A stretch of DNA of 64,000 bases from Mytilus edulis. Taxonomy: Eukaryota. The stretch lies in NCBI RefSeq assembly GCF_963676685.1, contig NC_092349.1:82956001-83020000 (forward strand), given 5' to 3'. Position 1 is the first letter of the stretch, and the number at the start of each line of letters is the position of its first letter. The position numbers and the translations under genes were made by a program. The notes under the pieces are model-generated. The model worked only from the letters and a program-made list of their open reading frames with translations, was not told the DNA's origin and searched no databases. Positions 53,501-64,000 of this stretch are shown here, in pieces.

Positions 53501-54293
53501 GATTATTATAATTTGTATGTTTTGAAAAATGTACAAGAGAAATAAATGAATAAGGAAAAACAGGACAATCACATGCATTTTCTCTCATCAGAACCTAAAT
53601 AAAGAAGATTTTTTTTTGACCGAAACAAAATAAGATAATTTTTGGTAACAGGAACTTATAAAAACTTTTTTTTTCATGCTAAAAATTATTGAAAGAAGTA
53701 AGTTGTACATAAGGAAAATTAATGAATTTTGTAAACTTTCTATAGACATGATAATTTAACTTGGAACAGTTTTGAAGAAAAAAAATGTATTTACCTGTAC
53801 AATTGGTTTTAATTCATCAACAAATTAAGTAAATGTTTAAAACTTTTATATAAAGATAATTGAATTTTAGAAAGAGCAGTGCTATCATATTCTCTTCATT
53901 CCAACTATTTAAATGCTCATGAATAAGTTTCTAGCATATCCACTGACAATTGGTACCAAAAGTACTGTCAATCCACTGAAGGTATCGGTCATAGAAAATA
54001 TATTTTTCATCATTGTTCATATGTTCTAAATATATATTAATTGTCTAATTCTTATGTTGTTTCTTTTTGCACATAAAAAGGGGTTTTGTAATTTGATGTT
54101 ATAAATGTCTACAAATGGAAATAAAACTATGCATATTCAAAATACTTTCTTCAGGCCAAAATTAATGACTGCATCGATTGAATATTCAGATGATTCTGTT
54201 TAAAATGCCTTTTGATAGGAAGATCAAAAGAAGTGTACACAAAGTACAAGTATCAATAAAGGAGAGTTTGACATACCGTCTGGTCTATTGATG

Positions 54294-54460
54294 AATACTG
54301 CTGCTGACCTCTTTAACAGGGGCAGATCTAGGTTCAGAGGAGAGAGAGGTCATAATTTGTGTAAATAATAGAAATACTGCTGCTGACCTCTTTAACAGGG
54401 GCAGATCTAGGTTCAGAGGAGAGAGAGGTCATAATTTGTGTGTAAATGATAGAAATACTG
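54294..54460. repeat. ~79-bp tandem duplication
   Basis: aatactgctgctgacctctttaacaggggcagatctagg...gtcataatttgtgt occurs twice. Confidence 0.85.
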
Positions 54461-55459
54461 CAGAGCATAGTAAGGCTTAAAAACATTTGATGAATTAAAG
54501 CTATAAATGACACTTTAAAGTTTTAAGCTGTTGGTCCAGATTTATGTCTTACAAGGATAGTTGGTAACATTTACTAGAAGAACTTTTGCATTTTTTTGTT
54601 TTTTTGAAACATGTTCAGAACAGGCAACATAATTTCGATAAGATATAAACTGCAGTTTAAATAAAATTGTGCAAATTAAGAGACCCATATTATTTAATTT
54701 GAGCTCATTTTATCCTCATACTGGAAAAGCAAGTTTCCTTCTAAAGACCTGCTGTAAATGCAATTTTCAGCAATAGTGCTTTATAAATGTTCATTTTTCT
54801 CCACCATACCTTAATATGAAATAATTCAAACTACTCTTCTAATCTTTCCATGAGTGATTTCCATCACTTTGATTTTGTCATTCTTTACAGAGAAAACAAA
54901 TCATAGTTATTTGTTATAAAGATCTGTCAGTTGTCAATGGTTTTTAGAAATGCTAAATATACGACATTACAAGAATAATGGTTTATAGAGCAAGTGGATA
55001 CAACTTTAAAAATAAAGTTCGACAAAGCATAACATTAAAACTGGGGGTGGGAAAATATCAAAAAAACATTTGAATTTATTATCTAAGGGAGTCTTTTATT
55101 AGTTTAATGAGTGGCCTGCCTGTGGATTGTTAGAATATTCCTCAGGATGCAGACTATATATGTGTCTAATTGTAATCCTGGTATCTATGATGAGTGTATT
55201 GTATATGTGTATGATTGGTGGTATGTTGGTTCTTGCCTGTCAGATGTGTCCACAGCTTTATGTTCTATATGACGCCAGTCTTTGGTCTTTGTAGATCTAT
55301 TGAAATTTTGAATTTCAATTCTTTCAATTATTAAGAAATCTTGCATGTGCTTGGCTTTCAAACTTTTGGTTTTATATTTTACATGGTAAAGGTTAATACA
55401 GAAACACTTCCCAAGCTCGAGGAAATCTGTGATAAAGAAATAAAGAGAAATGGTATGAT

Positions 55460-56880
55460 AACAGAAGGCAATAGTTGTATAACGCTGTTCGAAAGTCATA
55501 AATCGATTGAGAGAAAGCAAATCGGGGTTACAAACTAAAAGAGGGACGAAAGATACTAGAGGGACAGTCAAACTCATAAATCGAAAATAAACTGACAACG
55601 CCATGGCTGAAATTGAAAAGGACAAACAGACAAACAATAGTACACATGACATAACATAGAAAACTAAAGAAAAAGCAACACGAACCCCACCAAAAACTAG
55701 GGGTGATCTTAGGTGCTCCGGAAGGGTAAGCAGATGTAACCCGTTGTGTTGCTTATGTGATGCTAAATCCGGTAAATAGTCTTAATTTGATAGTTCACAT
55801 TCATGAAAGGGAAGGGGATTGTAGTTACGACGTACGGAACATATCCGATATAATTTATGAAACGGTTATTCCAAAACGGTCAACCAACTCGTGATGGCGT
55901 TCTTTAAATTTACGAAGAGATTATTTCAACTTCACCATTTGGAACTCTTGATTTAATAGCTTCTGTGTGAGCAACAATCCTCTATCAAGAAAATCATGAT
56001 AGGAAGTGCAAGCACGGAAATATTGTATCAATTGGGAGATATATACACCGTATGCAGGTGCTGCTGGAATGTTGCTACTTAGAAATGGAAAGTTCACAAT
56101 TGTAAAGCTAAAACTTGGACAAACGCATCAACTATGAGAGGGAAACAACAGAAACACTGAAGTGCAACAAAAAACCAAAACGACAATGCAAGACATACAG
56201 AAACGAACTATAAGATAACAACTGCCTTATTCCTGACTTGATACAGAACATTTTAAGTAAACATAGTGGGTTGAACCTGGTTTTGCAACTAGCCAAACCT
56301 CGCGCTTTTATGACAATGGTTAATATACCACTAAAATGACATGACAGGACTACAGTACAAATAAATGCAACAACATTTAGGACAGAAATAAACATTACGA
56401 TAGGACATTTCGACATAGGAATCAAAAGTACCACGTCCAGGCCTAAAATTTAATGGACCTTATGTGCGTTTCATCTACATAAGACTATCAGTGGCACTCA
56501 AAATAGTACTACAGTACAAATAAATGCAACAACATTTAGGACAGAAATAAACATTACGATAGGACATTTCGACATAGGAATCAAAAGTACCACGTCCAGG
56601 CCTAAAATTTAATGGACCTTATGTGCGTTTCATCTACATAAGACTATCAGTGGCACTCAAAATAGTAAAGAAAGCCAAACAAGTTGAAAAGCGTTGATGA
56701 CCAAAGAGTCTAAAAAGTTGTGCCAAATACGGCTAAGTTTATTAATGCATTGGATAGGAAAATCCTTAGTATTAAGAATAATTCGAACTTTAGCAAACAG
56801 TAAATTTATAAAAAATAACCATATGTCAACACCAAAGTAGGAATAACCACAGAATAAAAACGAACACCACGTAAAAAAAA
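55460..56880 (-). mobile_element. Composite Penelope-like/retrozyme-like remnant
   Basis: aagagggacgaaagata... module (also at 60054, 62455, ~11940), PLE thumb remnant 55860-56110, module homologous to 26460-26770, and degenerate hammerhead motifs at 56462 and 56621. Confidence 0.6.
56462..56660 (-). ncRNA. Two tandem degenerate hammerhead-ribozyme motifs (159-bp duplication)
   Basis: Minus strand gagtgcca-CTGAT(-)A-gtc ttatgta gat-GAAA-cgcacat; resembles CUGANGA-stem II-GAAA but lacks one core G. Confidence 0.45.
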
Positions 56881-57141
56881 AATAGTTTTACAATTTAACA
56901 CTGACAGTTGGTCACTATGTAACTGTAGGCCTTGTCGGTAAATGATGAACAACTCCGACACATTTATTTTCTCATCTCAAATGGAGGAAGAACTTAAGAT
57001 TACTAATAAATCTAGTTGAAGACCAAAAAAAACCGAAACGTGCCAGTCAGATAAACCATAACTAGTAATTATATCTGAAAAAAAACAATGCTGTTAAGTC
57101 ATGGATTTAGAAGGGCATTCAAAATCTACGATGTACAACGA

Positions 57142-59310
57142 GTCTTCTTCTTCTTCCATGTAAGAGTTGGGTTCCTTGAATGAAACGTTTAAACTCTACG
57201 GCACTACGCATGGTGACATTACATATCTAGTCCCCTAAGGCTATTATACAGTATTTAGAATAAAATCAGGTTGTTACGGTTGAAATTATGTACAATCGTT
57301 GAGTCTGGTATTAATGTGTTGTCTGTAGCCCTGTGCGGAAATCGTCAACTGATCCAGCTTCAGCAACCCTGGCAGGCAATGTATTTCATTCCATGATTGT
57401 TCTTGGAAAGAAGGAGTTCCTGTAGACATCAATGGTGACGCTCTGTTGGTAAAACTTGAGTCCACCACGAGTTCTACTGTCGCCACCTTTTAGGTAAGTA
57501 TTCTTGTTGATGTCTATCAGCTCATTCTGGATACGATAGAGCACGCATAGCCTGTTGTCACGGCGTCTTGTCTGTAATGTGTCCCATTTTAGATCTTTTA
57601 ACATTGTAGTGACACACCCTTGTGTGCGTGATGTGTAGTAATTAAAGACAAATCTAGCAGCTCTTCTCTGTATGAATTCTAGTGTGTTGATGATTGCTTG
57701 GTTGGTTGTGTCCCATATATAATAGAAGCATACTCTATGACAGGTCGCGCGAAAGTTGTATAGCCAAGATCCTTTTACTTTCCTTGTACATTTTTTCAGG
57801 TCTCGTTTAACAAAACCAAGTGTTCGGTTACCCTTTGCTGTAACGTTCTGGATATGTTTGTTCCATGAGAGATTATTTGATATTGGCACTCCCAAGTACT
57901 TGGCACTATCTACTGGTTCTATTGTGTGTCCATGTAAAGTGTATAGGTATAGTAAAGGTTCTTTGTTCTTTGGTGGTATGCGGGTAACACTGCTTTTTGT
58001 TGGATTAAATCTCATCATTCATGTCTTTTCCCACTTTTCTAACGCTTCAATGTCTATCTGCAGTTGTTCTGTATCTTTGGGGTTACTAATTTCCCTGTAC
58101 AGTAGACTGTCATCAGCAAAGAGACAGACGTCTGATTGAGTATAAGCGGACATGTCATTGATGTATGTTAGGAACAATAAATGACCTAGCACTGTGCCCT
58201 GTGGCACTCCCGACAGAACATCGTCTTGTTGAGATCTAGCCCCTTCCAATACTACCTGTTGTATCCGGTTTGATAGGAATGAACAGATCCAGGAGTTTGT
58301 CCGGCCACTTACTCCATAAAATTGGAGTTTGTACAGTAGCCTTGAATGAGGAACCTTGTCAAATCCCTTTCGAAGTCCAGGAGTATGATGTCAATCTGGG
58401 TTTCATTTGAAATATTCTTGGCTGTACGATCGAAGGTGATAATAATATAAAAAAAGAAGATGTGATATGATTGCCAATGAGACAACTGCCCACAAGAGAC
58501 CAAAATGACACAGACATTAACAACTATAGGTCACCGTACGGCCTTAAACAATGAGCAAAGCCCATACCGCATAGTCAGCTATAAAAGGCTCCGATAAGAC
58601 AATGTAAAACAATTCAAACGAGAAAACTAACGGTCCTACTTATATAAAAAAAAATTGAACGAAAAACACATATGTAACACATAAACACACGACAACCACA
58701 GAATTACAGGCTCCTGACTTGGAACAGGCACATACGGGTTAAACATGTTAGCGGGATCCCAACCCTCCCCTAACCTGACACAGTGGTATATCAGGACAAC
58801 ATAAGAAAGAACTATAAAAATCAGTTGAAAAAGGCTTAATTCATCAGATGGACAAAAATAAGCTGGCTTTCACATGATCTGTGTTTCCTGAAACCATGTT
58901 AGTTGCCACCTAGTATATTTTGTTGATCAAATGCTTCTGTGATAGCTTACAAGTGATAGAGGTAATTAAGGGAGACTGGGCGATAATTGGCGCTAGGTGA
59001 GTATCCCCTTTCTTGTATAGTGGAATTATGTTGGCATCTCTCCAATCTTTTGAAACTTCTCCTCTGTCAAGTGAAAACTGAAAGATTCTTGTAAGAATTG
59101 GTGATAATTCTGCAGCAGTTATTTGCAGTCTATTTGTTGGTATTTCATCTGGTCCTGCTGCTTTGATGGTGATAAGGTTTTTAGCAGTTTGAATATCCCA
59201 TGTTCAATTACTGCTATGTCATTCATTGAATTGGTGTTACTAGGACCTTTATCGGGAATGGTGCTGCCATTTTCTTTGGTTAAAAAACCGAGCAAAACTG
59301 TTCATTTAAG
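57142..59310 (-). mobile_element. Decayed CR1/L2-like LINE RT fragment, interrupted by a short repeat insertion
   Basis: SGVPQGTVLG, LFADDSL, MRFNPTK, KYLGV, SFFPRTI; HGFRKHRSCESQL at ~58900-58862; (GAA)n tail at 57156-57143. Confidence 0.85.
58446..58856. mobile_element. Short interspersed element inserted in the LINE RT
   Basis: aataa duplicated at 58441-58445 and 58857-58861; removal restores RT reading SQL-IITF. Confidence 0.7.
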
Positions 59311-59931
59311 ATAAGATATTTACTCTAGCTGTCGTTTTTAAGGAAGCCTTCTTTGTATACATTTGAGTGTATTTGTATATTCTTATGCCATACACTGTAT
59401 ATAAATATATTAATTAAAGTACTGTTGTCGAAATTCAGTATTGAATGGTCTCTGTAAATCTCTGAATTGGTTTATGTTTTATGATATTTGACCATCGATA
59501 AACTACTGTTTCAGTCTCGTATGGTATCTGGTAGCAAGTGGTTCAATGGAAGTCGTCCATGACAAACATTGCCCATTACCGCCCTTCATCTAAATATCAG
59601 AGTGTATGACCTTAAACGCTATCACCAGGAAAACCCAACTGAAATGTCCAGTGGTAGATCTTGTGTTTTCTCATTTTAAAAATCACTAATCTTGCGATAT
59701 GGATTTCCGTTTTTTTTTAATTCCAAAATTTATGCGTCAGTAGTAGATTTGTCATGCATTTTTAATGATACAATGATATCAGTTTGTTAGTTGTCAGCGA
59801 CTGGTTTTCATAGGATTGGTGTGATTATGTTGATGTTGAGATAGCTTGTGGTTCGAAGTGTCCCATAACGGCACTGGTGATGATATACACATTGCAATTT
59901 TTTTGTATGTTCTTTCATTATGTTGTATTTA

Positions 59932-62222
59932 GGTAGATCATAAGTATAGACTTTTTTCAGACAGAATTTTCTTATTATTTGCCAAAATGTAGATTTTACT
60001 ATGCTTTTTTCAAAAATATAATAAAAAGTATGGATCACCGTGCTATTTTTCAAAAGAGGGACGAAAGATACCAAAGGGACAGTCAAACTCATAAATCTAA
60101 AACAAAATGACAACGCCATGGCTAAAAATAAAAAAAGACAAACAAACAGCACACATGACACAACATAGAAAACTAAAGAATATCTGCCGTGTCAGCTTTG
60201 AGTCGTTGAAAATTGTCAAAAAGAATAATGGTACCGTTAGGTTGTTCATGAAAAAAGACAGTTGTGTGCATAAAAAAAACATTCTATGAGATTGAATTTG
60301 AAATAAATTGTGAGAAGATACGTTTAATTATATGTTTTACGAAAATAAAAAGAAAAAATGGTGTCACCGAATTTGATTTCTTGCTACAAGTAAAACTAAA
60401 AATAATCCCTAAAAGTCCAGTATAACTTTTTTACTAAAAGAGTTATCTCCCCTTAAATGGCTCGTTTGAAAAATGATTTTATATATATGTTGTGTACATT
60501 TTATTATTTTGTACAGGTTATTACCTGTACAAAAACTTTGTAAGAGTAATTACTTGTATGATGGCATCATACAAGTTATTACTTGTACAAATATAATTGT
60601 ACGAGTAATTACCTGTACAGTTTTTGTAGAGAAAAAGATAATAACTTGTACAACTCGCTATCTTTTAGATTTATTTGTTTCTTCCTTCTATCTGCTTTTC
60701 ATAACTTCAGCAAACATGACACCTTTGAGCATATTGGATTGAAAAACTAGGTGCCGATAAAATACGGACTACTGAGTACTGGTGCAAAGTGACAAAGTCA
60801 TTGAAAGGAATAAATAAAATGAAACTCTTCTTTTAATTATTTTGATTTATTATTTTTTTCAATGGAGGGAAATATCCAATTATTCCCTGACAGTTGAGTT
60901 TTAATTATAATAATTAATTTACTTTTCTTTTTTTTTTCTTTCTTTTTTTTATGGAATTACACAATTCTTAATCATTCAGACCAGCGTCAGTTATTCTACT
61001 GTGTTCATGTAATCATCATACTCTTTAAGTCAGCGTTCTACATTTGTACGGACACGTTGAGGTGCAAGTGGTCTATCATACATAAATTAAAGTTCTAGCC
61101 AAAGAAGAAATTCCCTTCAATTAACACTATGCAGGTTATGTGGAGCTCCAAAAATAAAAACAAAGTCAGTGAGTTGGTAAGCCACTTCTGCCTTTAACGG
61201 GCGCAGTCCACTGAATTTGGTACAGTGATCCTGATAGTACATGATTGATAATCAACATGGTCTTCCTGACAGTAACATCTTTAACTTTGACTTCACTATA
61301 AGCATTAAAGACTGTAGTAATGATAGGAGGAGCGACCTTTTCAAAATATTCACACATATGAGTGAAAATCCGGATAATTTCTCTTCTTATATTGACAATT
61401 TGTGTGGTTTTTTTTAACTCCTTATAATTATTATTTGTATGCCTCCAGAGTGTGCTGTTCTAATCAGAGGGTAAAGTTGATCAACTTTACAATAATAAAT
61501 AATTTTGTCTCCTTTGCAAATGAGTTTATTAATTTAATTCCTGCTACATTCAAAACATCATGCCATCTTAAGAATTATTTTTGAAGTGCTGTCTTTTTTT
61601 TTTAACTTGGCTTCCTTTACATAACTTAAAGTATCTCTTTATCTTCCACAAGTGAATACTGAATAATTAGAAGATTTTATTTGATATTTTCCATTTTTAT
61701 CCTTTAATACCCTACTCAACTGTACAAATTTGCTACCATATTTATCAAATAAAAAAAAATCTAAAATGTTTCAAGTTTATACTGATGCACTTAATAAATT
61801 ATTTGTTTAAAGGGAAAGTTTTATTGTAGTCAGGAAATAGGCCAAGGTAGAATAATGATTTGTACAAGTTATTATCTTTTTCTCAATAAAAATTGGACAA
61901 GTAATTACATGTACAATTGTATTTGTACAAGTAATAACCTGTATGATGGCGTCATACAAGTAATTACTTGTACAAAATGTTTGTACAAGTAATAACCTGT
62001 ACAAAATAATAACATGTACACGACATATATAACAAACGAAAATGATATTTTTTTGAATATTTTGAATAATACAATGAATCACCAAGTTTTTCTTTATATG
62101 AAGAAACAGGTTAATCAATAAATTGCAAATCTGTCTCCAAATTTGCTGATTTGGGCAAGGAAATATACCGATTTTGAACTGTGAGTATACAATCCAAGAC
62201 GGCGGTTTACCATGAATCTACC
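59932..62222. mobile_element. Kolobok-like non-autonomous element with nested insertions
   Basis: Ends ggtagatcat / atgaatctacc; right flank TTAA, left flank TTTA. Confidence 0.45.
60489..62024. mobile_element. Foldback-like element with ~170-bp modular TIRs
   Basis: 60489-60655 is the reverse complement of ~61858-62024; TIRs built of tgtacaagtaattacttgtaca-like palindromes; inserted in a (TA)n run. Confidence 0.75.
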
Positions 62223-62454
62223 TTAATGCATTAAATAATGAAATAGAAAGTCAGTACTAATACTGTTTCAGTGCAAACGCATTGTAACGTTAGTTTATAT
62301 TCGTTACCCTTTGTGATGCTTGTTTTGCACTTTTCTGGGATTATACATTTATCTGCAGCTTTTATTCATTGTTCTGATTCGTAGAAGTTGGAAGATAGAA
62401 TAGACTGTATATGTTTTATTAGAATGTTGATTTTGCCGTTGATTAAGAAATAAG

Positions 62455-63900
62455 AGAGTCGAAAGATAGCAAAGGGATGAGTCAAACGCGTACGTCAACA
62501 CCAAGGGACAATGGCATGGCAAAAAACAAAAGAAAAAAATTAAAACAACAGTTTACAGATTTCATTGTATAGAAAACAAAAAATTGAGCAACAAAAAAAA
62601 CACCAATTTCAGGAGTGAATTCAGGTGTTCAGTAAGACCTAGTAGACCGTTCTCTACATGTTTCACCATTCATGTTGCTCATGTAAGTGCACATTTGGTG
62701 ATTGGAGGAAAAGAGAACAGGATTATGGTTACGACAATTGGAACATATCCATTGTCATGTGTGAAACCGATATTCAATAACGGTCAACCAGCTCATGAGA
62801 GCGACAATGAAATTGTCGAAGGGATGATTTCAGCTGCATCATTCAGCGTACAGAGTTATATACTCCGTATGCACGCGCTATAGGAATGTTGCTATATAGA
62901 AACGTAAAGTTCACAAGTGGGAAGCTTAAATCATTTTAATTTTTTATCGTAAAGTTTAGTTCTCGACCGACCTTCATTATATATGCAGATATAATTAAAG
63001 TTATAAGACAGACTTAATTATCTGTATCTGTTGTATCCTTTGTTTCAAGTTCGATAGCATAGAGGCACTCGACATGGTCAACAAACTTTAAATTATTTAA
63101 TGAGAGGACACCATGTATATAGCGGCAGATGAAGTTAAAGAATAATGCTAACTCCTTCATCATGTTCATAAGAAGCTCCTATATGGAGTCAGTCTCATAT
63201 GGATAAAAGAACTAGTCGACACGAAGAAGAGAACAGTTGGTAATGTCGAATTTTTGTTAGATAGACACATATTGCTCTGTATTGAGAGGGGTATTTTCGA
63301 GTGATTAGATTTTTAATGAAGGATATTGTCTAAGATGGTGACATCGACACATTTGTCGGCAATGAAAAGTTTTAGAAATGATCTTATCTCCTTTTCATCT
63401 TTTCCAATGCAATCTGGTCTAAAAAGTCTGTATCTGGCAACATCCGAGCTGATAGATTTGTATTGCTTTAAATGGGGAGTTGTTACAGTGGTTTCCAATC
63501 ATAAGCTGTACAGATAATGAAGTTTTGAAAGGGGTAGTAAATTCAACTGTGTCAAATGACGACTATGACTGCGTCTACGCCGATGTGCAGAGTTGAAAAA
63601 GTTCATTTCATTCACTGAACTACGGGAAGAACTGGTAGAATATATATTCTAGCAACTTTGTCATTGGAACCATCTGGTGTTTCAGTTCCCAATTTCCGAA
63701 TACAGAAGTCTTCCTTTTGTCAACCGAGATACGTTGCAGGATGAATATATTTTTAGACAATTGCTTTATTAGGCTAATTGTTTCTTTTACGGAATTCTTC
63801 TCTATTGTTGTCCTTTTTTGCTGTTGATAAAGGCCCAGGAGCAGTTTGAATTGTTGTGGATTGTGGTGATATTATATTGGGGATGAAATCATTTTTAGCC
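62455..63900 (-). mobile_element. Degenerate Penelope-like RT and 3' end
   Basis: Minus-strand remnants of FSTL (~63600), TNC.LL..D (~63240), RYI..VLS (decayed YIDD, ~63120), ELE.KDTTDT (~63040), then thumb and 3' modules shared with the other copies; left-to-right limits approximate. Confidence 0.6.
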
Positions 63901-64000
63901 TAATTGCATTTGGTGCAGTTGAATTGGTTCCGTTTGCGTTATCATTTTGATCTCCATGCAGATTTACTGTGTTGGTATCTCATCTTTCTGCATGTTTCTC

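Noticed and set aside
58835-58855. ctgatga on the minus strand as a hammerhead core
   Set aside because: No stem II followed by GAAA.

Overview
AT-rich, intron-containing animal genomic DNA; the repeat families look like those of a bivalve, probably Mytilus (inference, no search run). Three host genes can be supported. (1) The 5' coding exons of argininosuccinate lyase (ASL, minus strand, 5908-6443; the rest lies left of the window; missed by the ORF track). (2) A complete RNF34/RFFL-type FYVE-like/RING E3 ligase (minus, 23384-28103, 6 coding exons including an 18-nt microexon, about 371 aa). (3) A divergently oriented ~1126-aa C2H2 zinc-finger gene (plus, 45443-50589, 3 coding exons). The rest is mostly mobile DNA: a near-intact CR1 LINE, an RTE-X-like LINE, a decayed CR1/L2-like LINE, Penelope-like fragments, Helentron-type non-autonomous elements, MITEs, a SINE and two minisatellites. 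The most unusual observations are: a LINE flanked by an ~850-bp direct duplication; a six-copy array of the RNF34 splice acceptor plus start codon that creates tandem decoy acceptors/uORFs; a MITE inserted in the RNF34 stop codon; tiny palindromes with 7-bp flanking repeats between the divergent genes (P-element-like excision footprints); a perfect 46-bp-arm intronic hairpin; and a duplicated degenerate hammerhead ribozyme. I found no convincing novel multi-gene system. All coordinates were read by eye, and repeat boundaries may be a few bases off.
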